Source: Lingula anatina
Lineage: Eukaryota; Animalia; Brachiopoda
Direction: 5' to 3'
Length of the DNA: 64,000 nt
Assembly (NCBI GenBank): GCA_051362555.1
Contig: CM120649.1
Coordinates: 9,052,001-9,116,000, forward strand
In this document: piece by piece, positions 25,912-63,008 of the stretch
Numbering within the stretch: the stretch's first letter is position 1
Layout of the letters: each line of letters begins with the position of its first letter
Program-made: the position numbers and the translations under genes
Notes under the pieces: generated by a model
Seen by the model: only the letters and a program-made list of their open reading frames with translations
What the model was told of the DNA's origin: nothing
The model's database searches: none

Positions 25912-28900
25912 TGAAACTGATCTGTGGACACAGAGATATTGGACTCCAGTTCAGCAGGAAGCAAAAGGACAAATTCTACTTTTAAGTAGAAATATTCCAA
26001 GGAATACAAACCAGAAATCTGGGAAAATCAAGAAATATTTGTACAGAAACTTAATATGTCATATTCTTCTTCATAATAATTCCTTTGTCAAGAATTTGAC
26101 AGGATCAGAGCCAAGAGGTCAGGAATAAAAAGCCACGACGATCAAAAATGATAACTATATATTGGTACTTTGAAGTAAACTGCTTTCAGGAAAAACAGAC
26201 ATTAAGTGATCCAATTTTAATTGATAAAACAACAAAAAAAGGGTCAGTGCTTGAGATAGCATATGTGCAAGGTATGACAGTGAACTGAAGGAGTTCAGTT
26301 TCTCAAGTGCATTATATCTCGGTGACCAAACAAATATAAGAAAATGGACTTACAGTACCTGTATAAGCATGAAGAAGGTACCTAACAGTCGGAGTTTCTT
26401 GGCAAATAAACTAACATTGCCATGCAGTAGTTTCATCTGATGAGAAATAATAATATTATAAATATATTATATAATTGTATGGTGCTGCCTCTAGGTAAAG
26501 TTGAACCACACAGCAGCTCTACCTAATTATGTGGTGATTGCATTGACAAGCTAAGGGTGTTGAACTGTGAGTGATCATATTGTTATCAGGTAAAGCATTC
26601 TTGTCTGTCTATGGAGGATTAGGAGTACAATTATAGTATCTCTTGCAACTTGATAAAAATTAGAGGATGTATGTGTTCATTGCAAGTGATTGATTTCAAT
26701 GATCTGTGTACATATGTATTCATAAATGTAGAGTTCTGATATGATCATGGATTTGATACCATGTGATTGGTAGGGGTTGAACTTTAATCAACGTAGCACC
26801 CTAATTAGATCAGAAAAGCACTGCACTCCACTTTGCTTAAATTGTAAGTTAAAGGAACATTCATAGGGAGTACAAGTGGAGAATCTCTCTCTCTCTCTCT
26901 CCCGTGTGTAGTGTTATAGCAAATGTAATATGTTCAAATTCATACAGCTGTAGTTGTATACTGTTCATCATTCCATAGCCAGCATTTTATGTAGCAAATC
27001 CTCAAAAGCTTTAATTGAACTGCAAACTATTGATTAACCATTTCAAGACAACAGTTTCCAGCAGATAACAACACCAACTTAATTAGTAAGTGTTATTTCC
27101 TGTCAAGAGATGGCTTACAAAATCCAGTGTTGGTCAGAATTTCAACCCAAGTACAGGCTCTCTGATATGTAATATTGCATCAGTTTAACTATCAAAAGCA
27201 AATTGCTGGCTAAAAAAAGTAAAGGTAATATTTTTTTTTCATCATGTAACACTTTGTTTTTATCATTGAAGATATACAAATTGTGCCATCTTGCCTGCTT
27301 TACCAGTATGTGTTGTTCACTCATTTGCTTACTGGACAGGTTCTTCTACATTCTCATTTCTATGTGATTCACTCATCTAGAAATTCCTTAACGACTATCT
27401 AACATTGGTTGAGACAGTCTCACAAGAAATGGCTATTTATGCAAGTTTAGAATTATATTAGCATATGTATTTGGATACACTTTTCATTGTGGTGTGTATT
27501 ATTTAAAAAAATTGTTGAAATATTTTTGGGGAAGAAATTAGTTGATAAAAATCATTCTTAAAAAATTATGAAGTGAGGTTATTGAAATGGGGGAAGCAAT
27601 TTTAGTGTTGTAAGAACATCTGTTGTAGTTTACATATTTTTTTATTTAGAAAATATATTACAAACGTCAACATTTTCAGGTTGACAACACAAAATGAGCA
27701 TAGATTGTATTAGGAATAAGACAGTAGCGTGCAGTCCACCAAACTGATTAAGTCGTTTTCAAGCAAGCAGTGGTCTAGATCTGTATGTACAGTGATGCTA
27801 CATTGTATGCAGCAGCTAGACTCCACTTCACATAGGAATAGCCTTCTTACTGTCACAATGGTAACACATGCATACATACACCCTGAGAAAAATTTTGTTT
27901 CCAGTTGTCTTTACTGTTATCTTGAGTTAACTAATATAAAGACACTAAGGACGTGAAAAGAATACAACACTCTTTCCCCACATGGATGGTACTACAAATT
28001 AGCAAATTGCCCACTGTATTTATAATGGCAAATGAAATCATGTAAATAGTAACCATGAAATGGTTATTAAAAAATCTTTGGTTACCTAATGCTAGCCATT
28101 AGACTCTGTTTATTTTATGATGAAAAGTATAAAAATTACAGAATATTGGAAATTTAATGAGCAAGCAATTGTGGATATTAAAATAAAATATGCTCCATTT
28201 TTGTTGTCTGCTTTGTCTTTTGCTGACAACTGTGTTGTTGTTTATACATATTGTTTCCTTTCATACACCCCTTTCAATTTTCATTTTAATAATGCCCACC
28301 TTTTCTGTTAATTTGTTTTTTAAATCTACAGAAATAAATGTGTCACTGATCCTTTCTTTCTGACGTCTGCTTTACAACCGTAGTGCTAAAAAGACAATTA
28401 TACAATATGGAAATCTTTATACTGACATAATGAAGTAAAAGTTCATACTCTGATTAAATAGGGCTTATAATGCTAACCTACATCCTCCTGATTGCTGTCA
28501 GTCAATACTACTGAAGAGTACAGTGTGCAACAAAATAATGGTTTAAATATCTGGTTGTACTACAGGCTGTGCTCAGACTCTTAATTGGCATTCATAATAA
28601 TGATAATAGCAGTAATAATAATAATAATGACTTGCTAACTGTAATATGACACCATCTAAAAAAATAGAAATGATTCACATCTTATTTTAGGAAAGTAACA
28701 ACACGTAATTGCCATCTGGGCCATACAGCACCATGAACATCTAGGATTCTTCTCTTATATGGCATTTCTAATACAACTGTTACAGTTGAAAAATAAATAT
28801 AACTTCTGTAAATCCTTTGTAAATCTACTTCAGGTGGATCCCTGAAAGAAGGGCCCACTTGTTTAGAACAAGAGATTGCTGACATATTGTATACAGTTAT

Positions 28901-28975
28901 AGTATATATCTAATATTTAAGCTATCTCTCTTGTGCGTACATTTCTCCTCTTTGATTTGTAAACAATTCAATACA

Positions 28976-31900
28976 TCATGAGGAGAACTTCTTGGTCAAC
29001 TCATCTAGTGTCTTCATTAGCAAGGCTCTGTCTTCCTTGGAGGACTTGCTCCAAGCCAGAGGGAGATGGGTGTTCACTGCCTTACGATCTGAAACAAATA
29101 CCACAACATAAACACACTACTACTGGCTTCTTGTCTTGATAATAAGGACACTACTTCCATAACTCTAGAGTATGAAAGAAATTAAATTTAATGAAACTTA
29201 TTCGACCTTCAATATTTTTTTCAAATTTTCTTCAAAAGGTACCATATCTATTACTTGGAAGATCCCACTTGTTTTCACCTACCTTGGAAGAAGGCCCCGC
29301 TTGTTTGCTGTAAAGCAGCTTTGGATATTGCCAGCCATGTGATGGTGTCGGCACCCTCCTCCACTGTCCGCAGCTTGCCCTCCATCTTGGCGCGGAACTC
29401 TGGCATAGCTGACTGGACCGCTGGAATGGTACAAGTTTGTGAATTTAGTCAATAAAAACACACCCGGACAATACACACTGTAGTACCCTAGCCTTTACAC
29501 ACTGTTAAAACAACAGTCAAATTTTGTTGCAATACAAATGTAGGTATTTTTTTCACATCAATAACTAATAATAGTAATGATATGTATTTTACTAAATATG
29601 CTAGACATTTTGCTTAATACTAAAGTGTAACGTTTAAAAGGTGTTATTAACAACTGAAATAAGTCGCCTTAAAGATATATATGATGTACATATCAATCCA
29701 AATTTTTCTCCAAGTTCTAATTTAGTCTTTTTTGTGATCAAAATGCAATTAAATCCCACCTTCTTCAATGTCTGGGAAAGAGATTTCTGGCCTGGTACAT
29801 CTTCTCACATATTATGTTATCAGACATAAATAAATACATGCACACACACATACACATGTGCACTAATACCTGGAGTGTCTGCCCAGCCAGGATGCATGCT
29901 GGAGAACTGAATGTTGGGATATATCTTGGCATACTCCTCTGTCATGATCACCTGCTGTCGTTTGTTCTGGGCATAGGCCATAGTACCGTCAAATGGCCTC
30001 ATGTGCTCAAAGCTGAGATCTTTGGGGTCAAGTTTTTGTACGTACATCCCTCCAGATGACACCGTTATCTGTGATAAAAATAAGAGATAAAATTAAATCA
30101 TTATTATTATTATACAGATATTTTCTTGAAGAATAAAATGAGCCAGATGTAGAAAGAAGCCATATGAAAGAGTACAATTAGTAAATTAAAAGACTCAATT
30201 CAGTTACCTGTACCTGCAGGACTTTGCAAGTACTTTTCATTTAGTTTCCATTTCAAACAGGCTTTTTTTTTCTCAAAAAGAGGTTTTGATTCAGCCTTCA
30301 TTTTCCCTTCATTTACTCAACATGGTATCATAATACATGTACTCATGCTTTCAAGATGTAGGAGTAAATGAAAAGTTGTTTAAAACTTACCACTCTTGGT
30401 TTTTCTCCTGTCTGTCTTGAGAGGAGTGGAATCAGACCAACTGTTAAAATGTGTGTCCCTAAAAAAGTAATAGTTAAAAGTACGTTCCATATATATCTGT
30501 GTTATATGCTGTCACCAGGATCTATGTGTGTTAAGAGTCCAAATTTCCACTTTAAAAACTTGTAAATAATAAAAAGACGCTTTCATATTGACAATAGATA
30601 GCAGTAAGACAATTGTACATGTGAAATGAGAAAAATGAAAATCACTCACACAAAGGCAGACAATGATATTTTAAGTTTTGATCTTTCCCAGTCTGCCCCT
30701 AGCCAGTCAACTATTTACCTAGTGTGTTTGTTGCAAAATTACTCTCCAGACCATCTGCATCTAATGTCCTCTCATGGATCATACAGCCTGCATTGTTTAC
30801 CTGGAGTCCACAATAACATTCAATTATCACTTCAAACACACAATTTTGTACTTCATTTATACACTGAGCAAAAGTAATAAGGCCCCATGCAATATTTAAA
30901 ATTCCTATCAACATTTTGGATTATATATACACTAGTATATATGTATATATATACAAACTTCAAAGTGAATTCTGTTGTACACTGGCTACAGACTACTAGT
31001 ACTGTCCTTGGCTACAGACTACTGTCCTTGGCTACAGATTACTGTCTGCACCACATTACATGTCACAAAAATAATTCACACAAGTTTATATTTTTGCTCA
31101 ATATGTATGAACTTAATTGTCAAATGCCAAATCTTTAAAATATGTTTTTAAAAATATGTGTTTCCCAAGAAAATTGATAAATATGACCATTAAGTTAAAT
31201 AAGAAATGCAATATCATATTGATTCCAGGGCTCTAGCCCTGTAAGTGTCTGATACATTGTGGCTGGAGGAAAAGAAAACAATTGTTTTCAGTTGTGGTCA
31301 TGACATGAAAGAAATAAATTGTGTATGGCATGGTCAATACTTTTAAGACATCTACTTCAATTTAAATTGTTACAAATAATCATCTCATTAAAAATTACTT
31401 ATTCAGTAAATATAATATTTAAAATAAAATATGAATCTTTTAAAGACAAAGCCTTTGCATTAAAATGAAATGGTAAAATGTAAGTAAAACTTTTTTCATA
31501 CTAAAACATTAAGCTGTTGTCCCGAAGCCTGGAATTCCTTGGCAAATGCAAACACTTTCCTAGGTTGTGACATATCTAAGATGTGAACATGGACATTCTG
31601 GTTTCCAGAGGCTGCTATGATCTCCTGCTTGGCTTGTTCTGCTCTCTCCTCATTCCTGCAAACCATGTGCACTGTGCCACCTAGGAAGATTTCATTAAAG
31701 TTAATATGCTTCAAGTTATAGTCATTTACACATATTATACTAGTTAAATGTAATTAAACAGACTGACACCATATATAATTATAAGTTATTTCATACTGAT
31801 TATGTAAAATCTGTAAACCCCACGGTATGTGTATTTGTTAAATGAAATAGAGTAGCTAAAGGATGAGATTATATCAAATATAAATTATTAAAAGGCAACA

Positions 31901-33982
31901 TCCCTTAGCAGATACCATAAATATGCCCACAAATATGAAATACAATATCAATTTAAATATAAGGATTAAGTGCACATTCAATTAATCATTCACAATCAAA
32001 TTAAATTGGTGTAGTTGTTAAGACAGCTAGCTAATGGTACCTGAACAGACATGCTGAAAACTTTTCAGAATGGCCGGAAATTTGGACCAGCAGTAATGAA
32101 AAATTTGCCGGACCAAATGGATTTTTGTCGGACCGAAAATCACTATTCGTTTGAGACAGATACTACCAGTACGATTAGGTAGCTTACTTTGTTTGTGAAT
32201 GTGAAATGGAGGGGAAAAATGCTTTGGGTTTTATATAATTTTATTAGTGAAGTATGTTGAATGATGACTGTAAATTCAAAATTGTAGTTCTTAAAACTCT
32301 TGTCGGTCCTTTGGACCGACCAAGTCCAATTTTTTACTGGTCCAGACAAATTTTCCCAGTCATGACCTATCGGACGGACAGTTTCAGCATGTCTGCATGA
32401 ACCTTTTTGCATAATTTTGTGTTATAATTCCCTCTTTTCTATATATCAAAGTTTATAATCATTCAAAATAATATTTCTTTTTGATATCTCTATGTGAGCT
32501 CTCTCTAATCTGAGCAGCACACTTGCCCAGGCTGCTGTTGGCCCCTGTGTCTATGTTAGCGAAATAATTACCTCTCTTGGCCATGTCCAGAGCAGCACAC
32601 TTGCCCAGGCCGCTGTTGGCCCCTGTGTCTATGTTAGCGAAATAATTACCTCTCTTGGCTATGTCCAGAGCAGCACACTTGCCCAGGCTGCTGTTGGCCC
32701 CTGTGTTTATGTTAGCGAAATAATTACCTCTCTTGGCTATGTCCAGAGCAGCACACTTGCCAAGGCTGCTGTTGGCCCCTGTGTCTATGTTAGCGAAATA
32801 ATTACCTCTCTTGGCTATGTCCAGAGCAGCACACTTGCCCAGGCCGCTGTTGGCCCCTGTGTCTATGTTAGCAAAACAATTACCTCTCTTGGCTATGTCC
32901 AGAGCAGCACACTTGCCCAGGCTGCTGTTGGCCCCTGTGTCTATGTTAATGAAATAATTACCTCTCTTGGCTATGTCCAAAGCAGCACACTTGCCCAGGC
33001 CGCTGTTGGCTCCTGTGATCATGAAGCTCTGACCTGTGACATCCACATCAAGGTCAGATGGAGAGAAGGACTTCGCTGCTGCCTCATAGCCCTGTCTATG
33101 AATGATACGGATAACATCCAGATATTCAAATTTAATATATCATAATAATGATATTAGATATCGTTATAACATGTTCAAAACAATTTACATGCCTTGTGCT
33201 ATTTATCTATTCGTAAGTATTAAACCCTTCACTATTTCAAAATTTTAATTTTTTATTAAAATAAAAGGCAAAAATGCAATTGATGATTAAAAAATTCAGA
33301 AGTAAGGCATGTTACATACATGTACATTGTATAACATTTATCAGTGTAAAAAAATCCTTATTTTTAAGGCCTTTCAAAAAATTCAGCACCAACCCCCCAA
33401 AAAATTTTACTAACTAATAATTATAATAAAATAATAAAACCGCAGTTCTCTTTAAATTTCAAATGGTGTTCTTAGAAACCAAGGAAAAGTTCACACAAAC
33501 AACCAGTAACTGCAAGCACATTTGTACAGTGTACCAAAACAAAAATATTTTCCTGAATGAAACTACATGTAGCACAAGGTTTCCTGCATTAGTCCTCCTA
33601 TGTGTGTGGTATCTGGTATGTACCATATGGTTTCAAGATGACATATCTGGTAGACAAACAGGTTAATCTTACCTTACACACCACATGATGACAAAACTTT
33701 TTCTTTTTTCTGCAGTGAATGTATTGAAATAGGTCAGATGTAAGCAAAAGATCTGACAGCTTTCGACACATGTGCACCAGTTAGTCTGTGTGCAGGCTGC
33801 CAGTATATGCAATTACAGTTGCAGGAGTATTTCTTTCATTTGTTAAAACAATTAGCAAATATCAAGAAGGGTACCTAGGAGTGCTAATATAAGAGTATAT
33901 ATACTTTGCACTAAAATAAAACCTACTTAGTGAATTCTTTCAATCCCTTGGCATACCAGACCACTTTTCTGTACAGTGACAT
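28976..33982 (-). CDS. DHRS12: Dehydrogenase/reductase SDR family member 12 (~322 aa); coding exons 33982-33927, 33095-32962, 31680-31502, 30800-30719, 30458-30391, 30068-29870, 29420-29283, 29088-28976
   Basis: Peptides MSLYRKVVWYAKGLKEFTK, FMITGANSGLG, VHMVCRN, VLVNNAGCM, NFATNTLG, TVSSGGM, FDGTMAYAQNKRQQV (YxxxK), SMHPGWADTP, GADTITWLA, FFQDRKAVNTHLPLAW. GT-AG phases are consistent over 969 nt. Confidence 0.95.
32046..32395. mobile_element. MITE with CAG-initiated TIRs
   Basis: TIRs CAGACATGCTGAAA / TTTCAGCATGTCTG. No clean TSD. Confidence 0.75.
32512..33016 (-). repeat. 78-bp tandem array (~6.5 copies) spanning the DHRS12 exon 2 / intron boundary
   Basis: The donor AG|GTAATT recurs at 32961, 32883, 32805, 32727, 32649 and 32571. 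The read-through ORF repeats TGANS(G/S)LGKCAALDIAKRGNYFANID. Confidence 0.95.
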
Positions 33983-34092
33983 TTTTCATCTATGGTATTA
34001 TACAGTGTATCAACAGATCAGCTTCTGCAAATAAATAATGATTAATGTTAGAAATAATAACTTACAAAGTACTGGTTGTACACGGCAACAGC

Positions 34093-34093
<1 letters not shown>

Positions 34094-34171
<78 letters not shown>

Positions 34172-34188
34172 GGCTGGGGGGGGGGGGG
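34094..34188. repeat. (AG)n microsatellite followed by G runs
   Basis: Seen directly. Confidence 0.95.
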
Positions 34189-34501
34189 CTTTAATTTCCA
34201 AACATTGTGTACGAGCCTGCTGGCCCATACACGCTAATTGTTTTCTCAGAATCCAAAGTCGAAACGTACAGATGGGCGTTCTTCCGCCAAACGCTTACAT
34301 AAGCTTATGTAATAAAGTCCAGATCATTGACAATTACAGCGTACTAATGATATCTTGCTAGAAAATAATTTCAAGCAAACACTGAAACCAAACCGCATAA
34401 AACAGACAGAACTGTAATATCTCAACATCAAATGTTAGTGGAAAATGTGCGAATGGGGAAAAATACATAAAAGATAGAAATAAATGTTCAACTACACTTA
34501 C

Positions 34502-34723
34502 GAAATAGCAGCCGACTTCTACTTCCTGTGCTGGTGAAGGTCACTTGTGCACTACGTCATCAATCTGTGTGCCGAGTGACGTCAGCACAGGTGCTTGCGG
34601 AGGCGGAGAAGAAATATACTAACTTGATGCTTAATTTGTTAAATGTAACCATCTTGTTGTAAAAGAAAATTAACAAACATCATTTTATCATTCCCTGTGT
34701 TACACAGAAGTGAAATATTAAAT

Positions 34724-34726
<3 letters not shown>
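34502..34726. promoter_or_regulatory. Compact bidirectional promoter shared by DHRS12 (-) and AP1S (+)
   Basis: A minus-strand donor (GTAAGT) at 34501 for a DHRS12 5'UTR exon and a plus-strand ATG|GTGAGT at 34724-34732 lie ~220 bp apart. Between them are ACTTCCTG (ETS-like), TACGTCAT and a perfect CRE, TGACGTCA (34577-34584). Confidence 0.7.
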
Positions 34727-57616
<22,890 letters not shown>

Positions 57617-57994
57617 TGATAGCATGGTGCATGCTTGTAGCTACATATGCATTACTCCTTTAGGCTTGCGTAGCAGTAACACCCCTTTCAGTGAATGCAT
57701 TTTAGGACATCTTCTGGAAAGCAAAACAGATATTATACATGACTCAAGAGATTCAGCTACTTTATTTTGTCATTTATTAAGCATAATTAGCATTTATTCT
57801 GTTGTTTAGTGTTTGTTAACAGGGTGGCCTAAAAAGATGTTTCCATTTGCTTGCAAAAAAACTTACACCACAGAAAACTGTCTGTTAGATGGCATATGAA
57901 AAAGAATTAATAAGTTTTTTTCAATAGAAAAAGCTATTTTATGAAAAATGGAAATATCTTTTTGGACCATCTTATAATTACTTCAGATTCAGTG

Positions 57995-58031
<37 letters not shown>

Positions 58032-59121
58032 ATTATTATTATTATTTGATAATGATATTTCACTTTTGGTGTCTGTGAATAATTAGATATACAAGAATGA
58101 TACCAAGAAAATGTGATATGTAGTTCGGTTTGTTACAAAGTTAGTATAACAAGTTGCTTTTCATGAAACTAGGGTACTGATTTGAAATCTACATATGAAA
58201 ACATTTTTATGACTTAAAAAGGCTTCAGATTATGCAGCCAAGATTTATGGGCCATGTTTTATTTTACATATGGCAGCTAGCACAAGTTTTTGTTTTTATT
58301 TATTTATTTAATTTATTTATTTAATTTATTATTGTTTTTTTTGTAGTAGATAAATCACCAATTTACATGGACATTTGTCTAGTAGCCCTATGTAAAATGA
58401 AGTAAGTTCCAGTTGAATTGGCAGGCCCTGATGTCAGTGGTTTAAGGCTGCCAGTAGGGAGGTTTCTCACGCCATGAAGTACAAAGTATGAGACAGTGCA
58501 ATCTATGAAAATCCTAATGTGGATTCACTATGTACAGTAATGAAGTAAGAATTATTTTAAAGATCATAATGTATTTCATAAGATAACATAGGTTGCAAGT
58601 GGTGCCATGGGTTTAAAAAGGTAAGTTCACAACTCAATTTCTTCTCTTTTACATGACATAAGTGGTCATGAAGACACTCGATTAAATTAATTTACCAGAG
58701 AAGTGAAATGACAAGTTTCTTACTTGTGTTTACTATATGCAATTTAATTTCTTACTTAATATTTTTGACAAAATATTTTTCATAATAATCATAAGCTGGA
58801 ATGATGAACTACAAAAAACAATGAGTTGTGGTATCATAAAGTGATGATTTATTTCGCAGTTCAGGCTTTGTACTGCATTCTCCATTGTGTGTGAAACCTC
58901 TAATATGTTTCTGTGTTTACTGGACATCCACTGGCTACAGATTTATCTTCTTTAAAATGAATAAAAATGTCCCATTTCATCTCAGATTCCTTTTTTTTTT
59001 TGACATGTTATATCAGATTGTTTAAGTCAACTGTTTGATAAGTTACGAAAGTAGTCTCTTCATACTACAGCTAAACTCAAAGTTATTACCAGACTTATCC
59101 AAGATCTCAGTGTCTCAAAGA

Positions 59122-59290
59122 CAGAGGCGGATTGTGGCCGTCTTCTAAGTCTTCTGGAAGACGGTCAGATTTTCAAGTTAACATTTGATGGGTATCTAAT
59201 TTTTTCTGTCAGAAGACGGTCAATTATGGAAGGTGGATCAACAGAGAAAATTTGGAAGACTGTCAGAAAATATCTCTGGATCCACCCTTG
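59122..59290. mobile_element. Short dispersed MITE (second copy at ~46833-46993)
   Basis: Both copies share GGATT...TCTTCT...GAAGAC...GGATCAACA...ACTGTCAGAAAATATCTC, with imperfect inverted termini. Confidence 0.65.
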
Positions 59291-62200
59291 CAAGACACAT
59301 AGTAGCCGCTGGGTCTGAGTATAGCTTTTGTTTGAAAAAACAATTATAATAATTATATCTGTGAGTGTGACACACAAACTATGGAACTCTACAGGGGACA
59401 CCTTTATAAGTAAAGGTTCCCATATAAGATCTGATTTGCAGTGCTCTGAAAGTTACAATGTTATGTAATAGTAAATGATATGCATTTTAGAATTTGGTTT
59501 AGATCCAGAGGTGCTTTAAGGTTCTGCAAGTATTATAATTATATTTAGAATTTTTCTTGCATGATGTCATCATTATAAGTGATTGGAGTAATTTTTTAAG
59601 TTTTGTTTTTGTAGCAAGTGGTTATCCTATGTCATATGGTTGGTTTTTGTGTAAGTGCAGTGCAAATTAGAAAAGTTCTTGAAAAAATCTTGAGAAAAAG
59701 TTGCTTCTTTTAATAATTTTAAGGAAGATGTTCAGATACAATGTATTTTTGGTGATGATTATAATTATTAATCCCAAAACAAAGGAAGACGACATCAGGA
59801 TGTTTCATGATATATTCATTTATTAATAAAATATCATACTGATAAGAATGTTGTTGAGGTTTTGAAAAAGAAACACATATAGTTAATTTTTTAAAGATAG
59901 ATAATCAATGAAATTGTATTTGAAATTAATGGACACTGTCATGTTCCCTCAAGTACTCTTTTGTTGCCACACCCTTGGCTATAGTTCTGTATTGCTACCA
60001 GTAACTATTAAGAAGCAAAATGATCCACTATTGAAAAGAAAACAATGAAAATTGTGAAAACTTTTTACTTTTTATGCCAGGATATATGTGGCATCATCCT
60101 GAGTGCCAGAGGGGAGATATTGAACTAGTCAAATTTGATGGAAACTTTATCATGTGGCCATAGTCTGCATGCTCTCACACAGAACGATGAACTGCATGCT
60201 CTCACACGGAGCCATAATCCACATGTTCTTACAGAGAGTGGCATGCTGTCATACATAGTGATAGTCCTCATGTTTTCACATGCAGTGATGCATGCCCATA
60301 CACAGGGAATGTTGCCATAATCTCTCCATGAGGGTGGGAGAAGATGTCAGGACATATGTTACTGTATTTTGGTAGCACCCACACTAACCTTAAACCACCC
60401 TGCACACTAAACACTAACCTTGCTTGAACTGTTCTTCCAACTGCTTGCTGCAACCATAACCCCAGCTTCTGGCTTCCCCGCTTTATTTATTACTGTGCTG
60501 TATTTACAAATTGACCCAGTTGACTGATTGGTTTGAGGATTGTTCTAATTCTGTTTAGTTTGGACATATACTTTAGAACAAAAATAGTGCTTCATAATTC
60601 ATTGTGGTTATTTTACAATTGTCTAGGAATGACTGATTGTTCTTTCTGTTCATCATTTTTTATTATTAAGAGTGTCTTTCAGTGTTTTTTATGTCATGTT
60701 TGTTTGTGATTGGCACTTCGTGTCATCAAACAAACAATCTCCTTTCTTTCAGTGCAGATGGTGGTGGGCCTCATTTTTCTTTTCTTGTATAATTATTATA
60801 CTGCTGTGTTGGAAGTATTTCTGTATTGTCACTCTGGCTAGTAGGCTCTTCAATTAGACATGGCACAAAATCTATATAAATTAGCATTAAAAAGTGTTTT
60901 CATTGACTCACTTTGGTTTGTTTTATTATGCACAATTGTATTTTCTTGTACGTGTTGTGTTGATAATCTTATTTTTGTTGGTCAGTGTTCCAAGAGTAAA
61001 CACTGATCTTATATATTTATGTGTTCGAAGTAGAACAGGTCATTTAATTTTTATGTGCCTAAACTTTAACATTTGCTTTCTAAAAGTCAGTCTGTATATT
61101 CCTTTTTTTCTTTTTGTAAAGTATCAACTGTATACTTTCTGAATCAATTATGTATTGCTCATTGTATATCATTGATAACTGTCTTTTTTATCAGGGATGA
61201 GATTTTTCCTACTATTGGCTGATTTCTGACTTTTTGAAAGCCCAAAATATCATTGGCCCCCTATTTCCCAAGTCACGTTTTCCTTCATTTTCACTAAATG
61301 GCAGTCTCATCCCTGTTTTATTATCCCCATGTAATTGATGTACAACAATACTGTTTGAAAAAATTTAAAAAATGCTTCTTTTTTTCATCTTCCCAGCAAA
61401 CACACATGCCTAGTTTTTTATACTGCGATAGTACCTATAACAATGAGCAGTATAGAACTGTTTCAGATGCTTACTACTTCTGCTTACGTGTCTTTGGCTC
61501 TGTTCACATCGACTCCCATTTAGACTGTTTTTACCAAACATTCCTCACTCTGTGAACTCGTTGGTACGAGCCAGATTTGTCCTGTGGTCAGTGGGTGATT
61601 TTAGAAATCTTCTAAATGCGTGGCTGTGAACAGAGCATTACTGTGCTGCCCTTTGTCTGAGTGTTTCTTCTTTACCCTACCTAGGAAACTGACGACACCA
61701 AAAGTCTACTAGAAGAATTGGGGCTAACAGGATAAGTTGACTAACCCGCACACTCATTCACCGTAAGCCGGCTGTCAGAGAGCACACAGACAACTGGTGT
61801 AATGCAAATGTTTTCATTTCAATTTCTGCGATACAGCACTGAAATCTTCAGAAAAAAGTCTACTCAGAAAAGCTTACTTAAAGATGTTAACATCCTCGTG
61901 ACCGATGACACTTGGCACTTTCACTTGACTTTCTTAAGGGAAAGAGATAGAATAGGTTTCATCAAGTGCCATTACTTCAAAGTACTTTTAATCTGGTAAT
62001 GACTCCATTCACATCTGTTGTAAGCCATTGGAGGACCACGGTTCAGCTGGTGATATGGATGTGGTATTGATTTAAAATTAGTCAGTGACAGTATGACAGT
62101 ACATTCCATTTTGTGAAATACTTGGTTTCATTTGTGCACGAAAACGTTATCATATTATTAAATAGGAAAATTGACACTATTTGATGGCACAGATTTTTCT

Positions 62201-62455
62201 GAAAGATTCTTTAATGATTGCACATTTTTCATCAGCTTTTTGCGGAACCGAATTTCAAAAGAACCAATGGATTGAGAAATGAATATTTTCACTGAAAGCT
62301 GTTCTAATCACATACGTTTACACTCTGCCGTTATAAAATGGGGAGAAGAAACCCGTTTATCGGAAAGGCAACTTTTTTTCAGATTTATGGTGTACAAAAT
62401 GACTTTCGGTGCTGTAAAATGGCTTTAATTTTCTAGTCCAACTTCTAGTTGTTAA

Positions 62456-63008
62456 AGGGATAATAACTCTTTGTTTTGGCCAAAAAATGAATTTTCCTGG
62501 AGTAAACAATTTTCCCATACTTACCAATGGTTAATGAATCCATTTTTACATTCAAAATTAGTCCCTGTTTTTTTTTTCTAAAAAGTTTGCTTTTTTGTTA
62601 TAATCTCTTAAGGGACCGTTCATATGAAAAATCTATTTTCTATTCGCGGTATCTTGTGATCACGGTCTGTGCCCTGAATACCCCGCGGCGTAATTACTGG
62701 CAGCGCGACCCAGTTACTTCCCAAGCTGTAATTAATTCTCGGCTGCGCTCGGAATGATAACAAGATACCGCAAATAGAAAATAGATTTTTAGAAAATAGA
62801 TTTTTCATATGAACGGTCCCTAAGGGATTATAACAGAGTGTAGCCATCAATGGAGGTCACGTGGTCTAAAGACAAACTCAGATATCAGAATAATAGCTAT
62901 AACTGCCGTTTTTGTGGTATTGTATAACAGAATATATTATATTTCTGTGAGTTGTTCACAATGTTTTTATTGTGAAATGTAGATCTCATACAATGAGTTA
63001 TTATCCCT
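62456..63008. mobile_element. TTAA-targeting (Kolobok-like) MITE; related fragments at ~19690-19880, 35150-35375 and 38710-38900
   Basis: TIRs AGGGATAATAACTC / GAGTTATTATCCCT with TTAA on both flanks. The block TTTTGGCCAAAAAATG...CCCATACTTACCAATGGTTAATGAAT recurs elsewhere in the window. Confidence 0.8.
62612..62820. mobile_element. PIF/Harbinger-type MITE nested in the TTAA element
   Basis: Perfect TIR GGGACCGTTCATATGAAAAATCTATTTTCTA with a TAA TSD. Confidence 0.9.

Noticed and set aside
32459-33046. 195-aa ORF as a stand-alone repeat protein
   Set aside because: It is DHRS12 exon 2 reading through the 78-bp intronic array.
34010-34361. ORFs with ER/LS dipeptide runs
   Set aside because: Translations of the (AG)n microsatellite.
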